Source: Bacteroidota bacterium | GTDB taxonomy: Bacteria > Bacteroidota > Bacteroidia > Bacteroidales > JAGONC01 | Reading direction: 5' to 3' | Assembly: GCA_022711405.1 (NCBI GenBank) | Contig: JAKLFC010000002.1 | Location: 245,772-309,771 of the forward strand | DNA length: 64,000 bases | Shown: piece after piece, positions 1 to 10,171 of the stretch | How the letters are laid out: each line of letters begins with the position of its first letter | Position numbering within the stretch: the stretch's first letter is position 1 | Translations under genes and position numbers: made by a program | The notes under the pieces: model-generated | What the model saw: only the letters and a program-made list of their open reading frames with translations | Told to the model about the DNA's origin: nothing | Databases searched by the model: none

Positions 1-20
1 AAATCCGTTTATTTTTGGGA

Positions 21-28
21 TAGATTTG
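21..28 (+). promoter_or_regulatory. Bacteroidota -7 box TAnnTTTG (tagatttg)
   Basis: Upstream of the ATG at 78. Confidence 0.35.
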
Positions 29-77
29 CAAGGAAAAGGAAATACCTATCCCGAAATCAGTATAATTACATCCCATC

Positions 78-818
78 ATGAGCGATCCTATTCCCGATCA
101 ATCCACCCTTTCGCGCGAGGACTCCGTCCGCCTGATCATCGACTTCATTCACCGGACCGTGATGCATCATGTGCTGTGGTATGGCCGGGTACAGGAACGC
201 TTTGGTATGGAAAAAGCGCTGGAAATACTGAAAACGGTATACGACAGGACTTATGAAATCCAAATAAAACGATTATCAAAAGTCCTGGGATTCGGATTAA
301 CAGACAATCTTCCCGGTCCGCTGCTGAACATGAGCGATGAAGAGTTGCATGCGCTGAAAGAAAGCCTGGCGGTCAACTGGCTGGCCAACGACGGAGTCTG
401 GTTCCAGGCGGTGGAGTTTGCCCATGGCATGAAGGATGCCAAACATTGCAATGATTCGTGCTGGGGTCAGTTTTCGCCCTTTGAAGCATGGTCCATTAAA
501 AAATTCCTTTCCCTGCCTGAAAATCCGGGCCTTGAAGGGCTGAAACAAGCGCTGAATTTCCGTCTCTATGCCACCATCAATACGCAGAGCATCACGGAGG
601 AGAAGCCTGACAGCTTCATTTTTCGCATGAATGAATGCCGGGTGCAATCAGCCCGAAAGCGTAAAGGGCTGGATGATTATCCGTGCAAATCCGGCGGCCT
701 GGTGGAGTACACTACATTCGCCAGCGCCATTGATCCGCGGATCCGTACCGAGTGCATTGGCTGTCCACCGGATGCCCATCCTCAGGAATGGTACTGTGCA
801 TGGAGATTTTTTCTGTAA
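78..818 (+). CDS. Conserved hypothetical protein with Cys-rich C-terminal half (tentatively DUF6125 / ATC-hydrolase-like; family name from memory only)
   Basis: 246-aa ORF with ATG at 78 and a TAnnTTTG box at 21-28. Looks soluble. Motif WLANDGVWFQAVE and scattered Cys (CNDSCW, NECR, YPCKSGG, ECIGCPPD). Function not recognisable by eye. Confidence 0.5.
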   Translation: MSDPIPDQSTLSREDSVRLIIDFIHRTVMHHVLWYGRVQERFGMEKALEILKTVYDRTYEIQIKRLSKVLGFGLTDNLPGPLLNMSDEELHALKESLAVNWLANDGVWFQAVEFAHGMKDAKHCNDSCWGQFSPFEAWSIKKFLSLPENPGLEGLKQALNFRLYATINTQSITEEKPDSFIFRMNECRVQSARKRKGLDDYPCKSGGLVEYTTFASAIDPRIRTECIGCPPDAHPQEWYCAWRFFL

Positions 819-822
819 ATAT

Positions 823-967
823 CCAACATTCGAACATACGAAGGTGAAGGCGAAGGTTAAGTAGAAGGCGATTTATGATTTGAAGGAGGAAAACAGATTT
901 CTTCATTCTAATCGCAAATCAACTTCGCCTTTCATTTCTACTTCAACTTCGTATGTTCGAATGTTGG
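823..967. repeat. 145-nt imperfect palindrome filling the gap between convergent genes (candidate bidirectional terminator)
   Basis: Perfect 21-bp inverted repeat ccaacattcgaacatacgaag (823-843) / cttcgtatgttcgaatgttgg (947-967). The arms continue imperfectly through gaagg(t/c) hexamer runs. Confidence 0.7.
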
Positions 968-1657
968 TTATTCAAGAAACAGCACTCCGCCGCCATCAAA
1001 CAACGGTCCATCATAGAGTTCAACGACCTCGTACCTGAGATCCCGTATAAATTCCCTGATCGCATCTCCCTGTGCATAATGCCGAAGGCTGCCAATGAAA
1101 AAAACCTGATCGCGGAAGATCCCGCAGGCTCCCCCGATAAAACCGTGGCGAAATCCGGGAAGCAGGATCTCTGCCGGGTCAACAAAAAGCACTGGGAATC
1201 CTTTCCCGGCCAGAATCTTATGAATACCTTCATCAGAGGTCATGAAGGAATTACATTGCAGCGCCAGAAGATTGCACCGGCAGTAACCCTGGCTGACATG
1301 GATCCTGTCCTTATCCTCTGCATAGCGAAGGATGACAGGATCGGTCAAATCCAGGTTATGAATTAGCATTTCATCAGACAAAACCGCATTGTAGCGGGCT
1401 GTCCCTGGATAGTTTTCCTGCACAGGATTCTCACCTATCCGAAAAGGTACCTTTTCCCTTGTCAGAATTTCAAGAAATTCTCCGGGTACATTGGGTGCAG
1501 CAATCCATTGGGCTCCTGCCTGGCAGAAAAAAATATCAGGGTGACCCGAAATCGCCTCGTACGTGATGCCTGTGGTCGCCAGTTCCATCAGTTCCCCGAA
1601 AGCTGCCAGTGCCTGTTTTGCCTCTTCCGGTATTTTCTTATCAATGATGATCAACAT
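968..1657 (-). CDS. Conserved hypothetical protein, possibly a DUF6873-type guanidino-modifying-enzyme (GME) fold protein
   Basis: 229-aa ORF whose start overlaps the stop of the upstream radical SAM gene by 17 nt. Motifs GHPDIFFCQ, YPGTARYNAV, SQGYCRCNLL, HGFIGGACG. Family assignment is from memory and tentative. Confidence 0.5.
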   Translation of the reverse strand: MLIIIDKKIPEEAKQALAAFGELMELATTGITYEAISGHPDIFFCQAGAQWIAAPNVPGEFLEILTREKVPFRIGENPVQENYPGTARYNAVLSDEMLIHNLDLTDPVILRYAEDKDRIHVSQGYCRCNLLALQCNSFMTSDEGIHKILAGKGFPVLFVDPAEILLPGFRHGFIGGACGIFRDQVFFIGSLRHYAQGDAIREFIRDLRYEVVELYDGPLFDGGGVLFLE

Positions 1658-2654
1658 GGAAATCCCTTCCTGTCAAGGATTCATCTTTAATAAATTTCAC
1701 GCTCATGAACCTGTCCAGCAACATCCTTTTATTTCCTGCCCTGTAACCAATCGCCACATTATACTGATCGGGGGCAATATGTATGACAATATGCTTTCCG
1801 GATTCACTGACCGTGATGTTTTCTAACCTCTCCTTCCAAATAACGGTTTCCACCAGCTCCCGAAAAGAAGGATGGTAAGGACCCGCGAGAAGTTCTGTGC
1901 CGGAGATCAGGCCTTCCGAGGGATGGAGTCCCAACCGGATGATTTTTATACCGGCCATTTCAAAGATCCTGCAGATTTCCACAGACCACCGGATGGCCTC
2001 GCCGAGCGGCAGGGGCCTGTACTTCCCATTGCTGAACAAGTCAGCCAGCGTTGTATCTTTAATGACCAGCGCCGGATAGATGCGCGTGTCATCGGCTCCG
2101 AGTTCCACGATCCTCCGTGCTGTATGCAATGATTTTTCCAGTGTATCTCCCGGAAGTCCGATCATCATTTGCAGACCCAGCCGAAAGCCCTTCTGGAGGA
2201 TGAGGGCCGATGCCTTTTCAGTATCCGCCACGGAGTGGCCCCTGCCCGACCTCCTCAGCACCTCATCATCCATCGACTGAGCGCCCAGTTCAATGGTGGT
2301 CACGCCATGGTCCTTCAGAATGCCAAGCCGGTGTTCATCGATGCAGTCGGGGCGTGTAGAGATGCGGATGCCATGTAGATTGCCGATGGTAGATTGCCGA
2401 TGTGCGAGGGAGAGAAATTCGATTTGTTTGTCGAGATCGATCCCGGTAAAGCTGCCGCCGAAAAAACCGATCTCGATATGGGAGTTTTCCCGGGGTATGG
2501 TGCTGAGGTGCCTTTGTATGATATCCGCCACTTCGCATACCTCCGGTTCACGAATGGCACCTGATATCTTACGCTGGTTGCAGAATACGCACTGATGCGG
2601 ACAACCCAGGTGAGGAATGAAGATCGGTATTGTATAGTGCTTCTGGTAAGGCAT
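1641..2654 (-). CDS. Radical SAM protein (ELP3-like radical SAM core without acetyltransferase domain)
   Basis: N-terminal IPIFIPHLGCPHQCVFCNQ gives the CxxxCxxC 4Fe-4S/SAM motif. I chose the internal ATG at 2654 (MPYQKHYTIP...) rather than the ORF-track start at 2702, which would overlap the ileS promoter region. Confidence 0.75.
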   Translation of the reverse strand: MPYQKHYTIPIFIPHLGCPHQCVFCNQRKISGAIREPEVCEVADIIQRHLSTIPRENSHIEIGFFGGSFTGIDLDKQIEFLSLAHRQSTIGNLHGIRISTRPDCIDEHRLGILKDHGVTTIELGAQSMDDEVLRRSGRGHSVADTEKASALILQKGFRLGLQMMIGLPGDTLEKSLHTARRIVELGADDTRIYPALVIKDTTLADLFSNGKYRPLPLGEAIRWSVEICRIFEMAGIKIIRLGLHPSEGLISGTELLAGPYHPSFRELVETVIWKERLENITVSESGKHIVIHIAPDQYNVAIGYRAGNKRMLLDRFMSVKFIKDESLTGRDFHVDHH

Positions 2655-2730
2655 CCTGTACAGGTGTAATGAACAAAGATACGCAACTGTGTTTTCTTTC
2701 ACATTCCCTGCTTGTTATCATATTTTTATT

Positions 2731-2738
2731 AATTTTGC
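2731..2738 (+). promoter_or_regulatory. Bacteroidota -7 box TAnnTTTG (taattttg)
   Basis: Upstream of the ileS ATG at 2776. Confidence 0.45.
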
Positions 2739-2775
2739 AGACTTTTTACGGGCAAACACCAAAATCCGCAGGCGG

Positions 2776-5700
2776 ATGAAGGAGAAATACAGGGAATACA
2801 AGCAACTGAACCTTCCGGAGATCGGTCAGGAAATTCAGGAATACTGGAGGGAACACGGGATTTTCCATAAAAGCATGGATCAACGGAAAAACCATGAACC
2901 CTTTATTTTTTATGAAGGTCCTCCCTCGGCCAATGGCCTTCCGGGTATCCATCATGTGATGGCCAGGGCCATCAAGGATATTTTCTGCCGGTACAAGACC
3001 ATGAAGGGATTCTACGTCAAGCGAAAGGCTGGCTGGGATACCCATGGACTTCCCATCGAAATCGCAGTGGAAAAGACACTCGGTATCACCAAGGAAGACA
3101 TCGGCAAAAAGATTTCGGTGGAGGACTTCAATGCTGCCTGCCGGCGCGAGGTGATGCGATACAAGAACCACTGGGATGACATCACCCTGAAGATCGGGTA
3201 CTGGGTTGACCTGGATGATCCTTACATCACGTTTGAGAACAAATATATTGAGACAGTATGGTACCTCCTTGCCAGGCTGTTTGAGAAAGGGCTTCTTTAC
3301 AAGGGTTATTCCATCCAGCCTTATTCGCCCGCTGCCGGAACCGGTATCAGCAACCACGAGCTGAACCAACCCGGCGCCTACCGCGATGTGAAGGACAACA
3401 CGGTCACTGCTCAGTTCAGGCTGATCCGCGATCCAAAGTCCGAATTCCTGTTTGCAAGGGCCCACGGTGAGGTGTTCATCCTGGCGTGGACCACTACCGC
3501 CTGGACGCTGCCTTCCAATACGGCACTGGCGGTAGGGCGACATATCGACTATGTACTGGTAAACACATTTAATCCTTATACCTCCAGGCCGGTCACGGTC
3601 ATTCTTGCAAAAGACCTGTTCAATAATTTCTTCCCGGAGAAAAATGCCGGAATGAAGATGAACGAGTACGAACCCGGGCAAAAGAACATTCCTTTTGAAA
3701 TCATCCAGAGCTGTAAAGGCGAGGAGCTGATCGGCATCCGTTACGAACAGCTGCTGCCCTATGCACAGCCTGAGGATGGGGATGCCTTCAGGGTGATTCC
3801 CGGGGACTTTGTGACAACCGAAGATGGCACCGGGATCGTCCATATCGCTCCCAGCTTCGGCGCCGATGACTTCAGGGCCGGAAAGGAAAATGGCATCGGA
3901 TCCCTGACCATGGTCGACAAACAGGGAAAATTTGTAGACGCCATGGGGGAATTTGCGGGCCGCTTTGTGAAAAATGAGTACTATCCCGATTACGATCCTG
4001 AGAAACCTGAATACCAGGACAGTGTGGATGTTGACATCATCGTCAAGCTGAAAAGGGAGAACAAAGCCTTCAAGACGGAAAAGTACGTGCACTCGTACCC
4101 GCATTGCTGGAGGACCGATAAGCCCATTCTTTACTACCCGCTGGATGCCTGGTTCATACGGTCCACAGCCTATCGCGACCAGATGATCGCCCTGAACAAT
4201 ACCATCAACTGGAAGCCCAAGGCTACCGGCGAGGGACGCTTTGGCAACTGGCTGGAGAACCTGGTCGACTGGAATCTTTCCCGTTCACGCTTCTGGGGAA
4301 CCCCTCTGCCCATCTGGATGACGGAAGATGGTAAAGAAAAGATCTGTATCGGTTCGGTGGCCCAGCTAAAAGAGGAAGTGGAAAAGGCCGTCCGGGCAGA
4401 TTACATGAGTTCCAATCCCTTTGAAAATTATAGTCCGGGAGACGTTTCGGAAGAAAATTACCACAGCTTTGATCTTCACAGACCGTTTGTGGATCATATC
4501 ATCCTGGTTTCCCCTTCTGGCAGGAAGATGTATCGTGAACCCGACCTGATCGATGTATGGTTTGATTCGGGTGCCATGCCATACGCCCAGTATCACTATC
4601 CCTTCGAACCATCGCAGAAGCTGGAAGAATACTTTCCTGCAGATTTCATTGCCGAAGGTGTTGACCAGACGCGGGGATGGTTCTTCACCCTGCATGCCAT
4701 CGCAGTGATGCTGTTCGACTCGGTTTCTTACCGGACATGTGTCTCCAACGGTCTGATCCTGGACAAGAATGGGAATAAAATGTCGAAAAAACTGGGGAAT
4801 ACGGTCAGTCCGTTCGAAATGGTCGACAGGTACGGTCCGGATGCGTTGCGGTGGTATTTGCTGACGAATGCACAGCCATGGGACAACCTCAAATTCGACG
4901 TGGAAGGGATGGCGGAGGCTCAGCGCAAGTTTTTCGGAACTTTTTACAACACCTACGCCTTTTTTGCTTTGTATGCCAATATAGATGGTTTTGATAATAC
5001 CGCACCCGAAGTCCCCGTGTCGAAAAGACCCGAGATCGACCGGTGGATCCTTTCGGAGCTGCACACGCTGATCCAATACACGGATGAGTGTTACCATGAT
5101 TATGAGCCCACCAAAGCTGGCCGGGCGATCCAGGATTTCGTGGTGGATCATCTGAGCAACTGGTACGTTCGGCTGAGCCGCCGCAGGTTCTGGAAAGGGG
5201 ATATGACAGACGACAAAATCGCCGCCTATCAGACTCTTTACACCTGCCTGGTGACTGCAGCTCAGTTGGCCGCCCCTTTGGCTCCTTTCTTCACGGAAAG
5301 GATCTTTACAGACCTGAACCGCGTTACCGGTCAATCAGAAGCTGAATCTGTTCACCTGACCGATTTCCCAGTGGCCATGGAAACCCTTATCGACAAAGAT
5401 CTGGAGCAACGTATGGAACTGGCACAGGACATCTCATCCATGGTGCTCTCCCTTCGGAAACGATCCATGATCCGGGTGCGGCAGCCTTTGAACAAGGTCA
5501 TGGTCCCGGTGCTCACACCTCAGTTCAGGGAACAGATGGATGCCGTCAGGAACCTGATCCTTACCGAGGTGAATGTGAAAGATATCCAGTACATTTCAGA
5601 TACTTCGGATATCCTTGTCAAAAAGATCAAACCGAACTTCAAGACCCTGGGACCCAGGTATGGCAAGCTGATGAAGCAGATCGCCGCCACCATCGACCAG

Positions 5701-6150
5701 TTTGACCAGCAGGCCATCAACCGGCTCGAACAAAACGGAAGCGTTCTGTTTAACCTGGATGGTCAGCCGGTGGAAATCCTGATCAGTGATGTGGAGATCC
5801 TCACCGAGGATATCCCTGGCTGGGTGGTTTCCAATATGGGGAACCTTACCGTAGCACTGGATCTGACGATCACCGATGAGCTAAGGCAGGAAGGGCTGGC
5901 ACGCGAACTGATCAACCGTATCCAGAACCTGAGAAAAGAAAGCAACCTGGAGGTGACGGATAAGATCCGCGTCGAAGTTGAAAAAAATCAAGAGCTGGAA
6001 ACAGCCATCCAAAATAATTATCATTATATTTGTTCTGAAACGCTGGCCATATCGCTCAAAACGCCTGAGATAATAGCTTCGCCGAATAAGCAGCGGATTG
6101 AAATTACGGAAGAGATCCAGGTGGACATCTGCATCGAAAAAGCCGGCTGA
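2776..6150 (+). CDS. ileS: Isoleucine--tRNA ligase (long Bacteroidota-type form)
   Basis: Class I aaRS signatures PSANGLPGIHHV (HIGH region) and KMSKKLGN (KMSKS), about 1124 aa. Start moved to MKEKYREYKQLNLPEI at 2776. TAATTTTG box at 2731-2738. Confidence 0.95.
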   Translation: MKEKYREYKQLNLPEIGQEIQEYWREHGIFHKSMDQRKNHEPFIFYEGPPSANGLPGIHHVMARAIKDIFCRYKTMKGFYVKRKAGWDTHGLPIEIAVEKTLGITKEDIGKKISVEDFNAACRREVMRYKNHWDDITLKIGYWVDLDDPYITFENKYIETVWYLLARLFEKGLLYKGYSIQPYSPAAGTGISNHELNQPGAYRDVKDNTVTAQFRLIRDPKSEFLFARAHGEVFILAWTTTAWTLPSNTALAVGRHIDYVLVNTFNPYTSRPVTVILAKDLFNNFFPEKNAGMKMNEYEPGQKNIPFEIIQSCKGEELIGIRYEQLLPYAQPEDGDAFRVIPGDFVTTEDGTGIVHIAPSFGADDFRAGKENGIGSLTMVDKQGKFVDAMGEFAGRFVKNEYYPDYDPEKPEYQDSVDVDIIVKLKRENKAFKTEKYVHSYPHCWRTDKPILYYPLDAWFIRSTAYRDQMIALNNTINWKPKATGEGRFGNWLENLVDWNLSRSRFWGTPLPIWMTEDGKEKICIGSVAQLKEEVEKAVRADYMSSNPFENYSPGDVSEENYHSFDLHRPFVDHIILVSPSGRKMYREPDLIDVWFDSGAMPYAQYHYPFEPSQKLEEYFPADFIAEGVDQTRGWFFTLHAIAVMLFDSVSYRTCVSNGLILDKNGNKMSKKLGNTVSPFEMVDRYGPDALRWYLLTNAQPWDNLKFDVEGMAEAQRKFFGTFYNTYAFFALYANIDGFDNTAPEVPVSKRPEIDRWILSELHTLIQYTDECYHDYEPTKAGRAIQDFVVDHLSNWYVRLSRRRFWKGDMTDDKIAAYQTLYTCLVTAAQLAAPLAPFFTERIFTDLNRVTGQSEAESVHLTDFPVAMETLIDKDLEQRMELAQDISSMVLSLRKRSMIRVRQPLNKVMVPVLTPQFREQMDAVRNLILTEVNVKDIQYISDTSDILVKKIKPNFKTLGPRYGKLMKQIAATIDQFDQQAINRLEQNGSVLFNLDGQPVEILISDVEILTEDIPGWVVSNMGNLTVALDLTITDELRQEGLARELINRIQNLRKESNLEVTDKIRVEVEKNQELETAIQNNYHYICSETLAISLKTPEIIASPNKQRIEITEEIQVDICIEKAG

Positions 6151-6199
6151 CGGAACCAATGTGTATTCTTTTTGTCGGATCATTAATACAGCGAGACCC

Positions 6200-6607
6200 A
6201 TGAAAAACGAGAAAGAAGATGTCGTCAGAACGCGATACTCTGACGAGGAATTGGAAGAGTTCCGTGCCATCATCCTTGAAAAACTTGAAAAAGCGCGGCG
6301 GGATTTGGAGTTATTGACAGAAGCGTATACCAACAGTAATGAACACGATACAACCGACACTTCACCCACATTCAAGGTTCTGGAAGAAGGTTACAATGTT
6401 TTGTCGAAAGAGGAGAACAGCCGGTTGGCCGCCCGTCAGCAAAAGTTCATCAATGCACTTGAGAATGCGCTCATCCGCATTGAGAACAAGACCTATGGGA
6501 TCTGCCGTGCCACAGGGAAACTGATCTCGAAGGAACGTCTCAGGAGCGTGCCCCATGCTACCCTGAGCATCGATGCCAAGCTGAGCATGCAAAACGAACG
6601 AAGATAG
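6200..6607 (+). CDS. TraR/DksA family transcriptional regulator (degenerate zinc finger)
   Basis: 135 aa from the internal ATG at 6200. Coiled-coil region plus C-terminal YGICRATGKLISKERLRSVPHATLS resembling the DksA C4 finger, with only one Cys kept. Sits between ileS and lspA as is usual in Bacteroidota. Confidence 0.7.
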   Translation: MKNEKEDVVRTRYSDEELEEFRAIILEKLEKARRDLELLTEAYTNSNEHDTTDTSPTFKVLEEGYNVLSKEENSRLAARQQKFINALENALIRIENKTYGICRATGKLISKERLRSVPHATLSIDAKLSMQNERR

Positions 6608-6641
6608 ATCAGGCAAAAAGGACCTTAACCTGTACCACTCC

Positions 6642-7277
6642 TTGAAAAAACCACTGATCATCATTCTTGTCATCCTGCTGATCGACCAGTCACTTAAGAT
6701 CTGGATAAAAACCCATATGTTCATCGGTCAGGAAATCCGGGTCATGGGAGACTGGTTCATCCTTCATTTTACGGAAAACAACGGAATGGCCTTTGGAATA
6801 GAACTGGCCGGGGAGTCAGGAAAACTGATCCTGAGTATTTTTCGTTTCATTGCGATCGTCCTCATTGCCTTCTATCTGGCCCGGATCTCCAGGGAGAAGG
6901 TTCACCCGGGGCTTGTCATCAGCATCTCACTGATCTTTGCCGGCGCCCTGGGTAACCTGATCGACAGCGCTTTCTACGGCCTGATCTTCAGTGAAAGTGC
7001 GTACTACCACCCGGCGCAGTTGTTTCCGGAGGGGGGTGGATACAGTACGTTCCTGCATGGGAAGGTGGTGGATATGTTTTATTTCCCCATCATCAAAGGC
7101 CACTACCCCGCCTGGTTCCCCATCTGGGGTTCCGAGGAATTCATTTTCTTCCGTCCTGTATTCAATGTGGCCGACTCCGCGATCACGATCGGTGTTTTCA
7201 CACTGATCCTGTTCCAGCGAAGACTCTTTCCCAGAAAATCCGATCATGGAACGAACGAAATTGTATCTTTGCCCTAA
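6642..7277 (+). CDS. lspA: Lipoprotein signal peptidase (signal peptidase II)
   Basis: Four-TM profile, motifs NNGMAFG and FNVADSAITIGV, and the classic ileS-lspA linkage. The only in-frame start near the N-terminus is TTG at 6642. Confidence 0.85.
   Translation: MKKPLIIILVILLIDQSLKIWIKTHMFIGQEIRVMGDWFILHFTENNGMAFGIELAGESGKLILSIFRFIAIVLIAFYLARISREKVHPGLVISISLIFAGALGNLIDSAFYGLIFSESAYYHPAQLFPEGGGYSTFLHGKVVDMFYFPIIKGHYPAWFPIWGSEEFIFFRPVFNVADSAITIGVFTLILFQRRLFPRKSDHGTNEIVSLP
7264..7271 (+). promoter_or_regulatory. Bacteroidota -7 box TAnnTTTG (tatctttg)
   Basis: Upstream of the atpD ATG at 7290. Lies inside the lspA 3' end. Confidence 0.35.
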
Positions 7278-8801
<1,524 letters not shown>

Positions 8802-8802
8802 T

Positions 8803-9039
8803 ATGAAAGTCGAGATCATCAAACCGGATAAAACCATCTTCTCCGGAGAGGCCATCCTGGTACAGCTCCCGGGAATCGACGGCTCCCTTGAAATTCTGAA
8901 AAACCACGCTCCCCTGATCACCATCCTTGGAAAAGGAGAAATTAAGGTCCAGGACGTCAACAATAAAATCCAGCTGTTCATGGTGAACGGTGGTGTGGTC
9001 GAGGTCCTGCGTAATAAAGTGCTGGTGCTGGCGGAGTGA
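8803..9039 (+). CDS. atpC: F0F1 ATP synthase subunit epsilon (short form)
   Basis: ATG at 8803, 1 nt after the atpD stop. 78 aa beginning MKVEIIKPDKTIFSGEA, typical of the epsilon N-terminal beta-sandwich. Confidence 0.85.
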   Translation: MKVEIIKPDKTIFSGEAILVQLPGIDGSLEILKNHAPLITILGKGEIKVQDVNNKIQLFMVNGGVVEVLRNKVLVLAE

Positions 9040-9041
9040 AC

Positions 9042-9069
9042 GATATCGGATTAACGATTAACCGATATT
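9042..9069 (+). terminator. Stem-loop directly after atpC
   Basis: gatatcgg-attaacgattaa-ccgatat: a 7-8 bp inverted repeat starting 3 nt after the atpC stop. No clear U-tract follows. Confidence 0.35.
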
Positions 9070-9155
9070 GGATTTTTGATTTAAATCGCAAAGCAAATCA
9101 GATATCTGATATCCGTTAATCGGTTCATCAGATATCCGTCTGGGTCACTATTAAT

Positions 9156-9983
9156 TTATTGCGATTTTGTGCTATTATTTCGGATTTGTTTGGAATTTGG
9201 ATCCTGAAATTTGTTTGGAATTTGGTTTTTGGAATTTGGAATTTGATATACCCTGTAACACTGCATAATCGCAAGATAGAAATCATAATCCGGTGCCCAC
9301 AGGATAAAGGGCAGTTCCAGGTCGCAATATTTCATCAGCTGGACGATAACCGCTTCACTTTTTATGCCGGTCAGCCGTGAAACCACGTACGGGTTATAAC
9401 GCTGTACGATCTTCTCCTCCAATGCTTCCCTGGTAAGTACCGCTCTCAGCTTCCGTTGTTCCCTGGGACTCTTTCCAAAGATCTGGTATAAAATACCGGC
9501 AGGACCGGGCATACCTGGAGTGACCTCGAACAGCCAGGCAAGGTCATCCTTGATATACAGCCTCGTCAAGGCGTCGACGGCATATTCCGGAAGGTCCAGG
9601 ACCAGCTCGGTCTCTTTGAAATGATCCCACGTCACCGGTGGAGGTGAGATGGTCACCTCGCTCAGCAAAAGCGTATCGGCAGTGAGGATCACCTTCAGCC
9701 AGTACCGCTCTGCTACCAGAGTGTCGGGAATCCGGATACGAGAGGTCTTGTACGAGACAGCAGAAAAGAGCAGGATGTCACCCGGGACCACCGATATCCT
9801 GAATTTCCCGTACACATCGCTGGCACAACCCTCGTTTCGTTCCGGCACCAGGACGTTGACGAAAGGAACCGGTACGTACAAGGTGTCCCTGACCTCCCCT
9901 TCGATCAGGATACGGCGGGGCACCTGCGCAGGCAGTAATCCAGGCAATGCCAGCAAGAACAAAAAAACCACCCTCCAGACCAT
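9156..9983 (-). CDS. Carboxypeptidase-regulatory-like domain protein (secreted)
   Basis: Signal peptide MVWRVVFLFLLALPGLLPAQ, then IEGEVRD...PFVNVLV...GCASDVYGKFRI, typical of the CarboxypepD_reg fold. The last ~25 codons (QIPNSKNQIPNKFQDPNSKQI) are encoded by a repeat element also found intergenically at 60831-60886. Confidence 0.55.
   Translation of the reverse strand: MVWRVVFLFLLALPGLLPAQVPRRILIEGEVRDTLYVPVPFVNVLVPERNEGCASDVYGKFRISVVPGDILLFSAVSYKTSRIRIPDTLVAERYWLKVILTADTLLLSEVTISPPPVTWDHFKETELVLDLPEYAVDALTRLYIKDDLAWLFEVTPGMPGPAGILYQIFGKSPREQRKLRAVLTREALEEKIVQRYNPYVVSRLTGIKSEAVIVQLMKYCDLELPFILWAPDYDFYLAIMQCYRVYQIPNSKNQIPNKFQDPNSKQIRNNSTKSQ
9191..9246. repeat. Copy A of the GGAATTTGG-rich repeat (inside the 3' end of CDS 9156-9983)
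   Basis: By eye, tggaatttggatcctgaaatttgtttggaatttggtttttggaatttggaatttga aligns to 60831-60886 with only about seven substitutions and no gaps. Confidence 0.7.
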
Positions 9984-10171
9984 TTACTGTTGATAAAATG
10001 TAAAGGTATAACGGATTGCAAAGGGGTGGCGATAAGAAACGTTAAATGATATCTGATGAGCGGCCGACAGCCTGCCCTGATGAAAATCAGGGATTTTGGA
10101 TGCGGTAGATGGGTATCTTGTTGCTTTTGGCAAAATAAAAGGCTAACTTTACATTTTCTTACTTCACAGGC

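Noticed and set aside
2689-2775. ORF-track N-terminal extensions. These affect ileS from 2689, leuS to 21838, plsX to 63028, the dksA-like gene from 6098, atpC from 8749, miaB from 30754, and others.
   Set aside because: The extensions translate to non-conserved, often Cys/Arg-rich peptides. They overlap neighbouring genes or promoter boxes. Internal ATGs give the canonical family N-termini.
2746-4104. Long antisense ORFs. These include 452 aa opposite ileS, and also 4366-5334, 12783-13853, 21035-21808, 23301-24065, 25691-26659, 26983-27771, 28897-29733 and 54101-54670.
   Set aside because: Each lies opposite a gene with unmistakable family motifs (ileS, A2M, leuS, uppP, ispD, arginase-fold, topA, yihY). 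Their translations are R/P/G/H-rich with no recognisable domains. This is the usual shadow-ORF effect in a mid-GC genome.
9125-10059. A perfect 12-bp inverted repeat (tcatcagatatc / gatatctgatga) flanks the 9156-9983 gene, resembling terminal inverted repeats of a mobile cassette.
   Set aside because: By my estimate several 12-bp inverted pairs within 1 kb are expected by chance in 64 kb. There is no transposase or target-site duplication. The same word recurs in other spacers (9098-9111, 49413-49425), so it belongs to the dispersed intergenic motif family.
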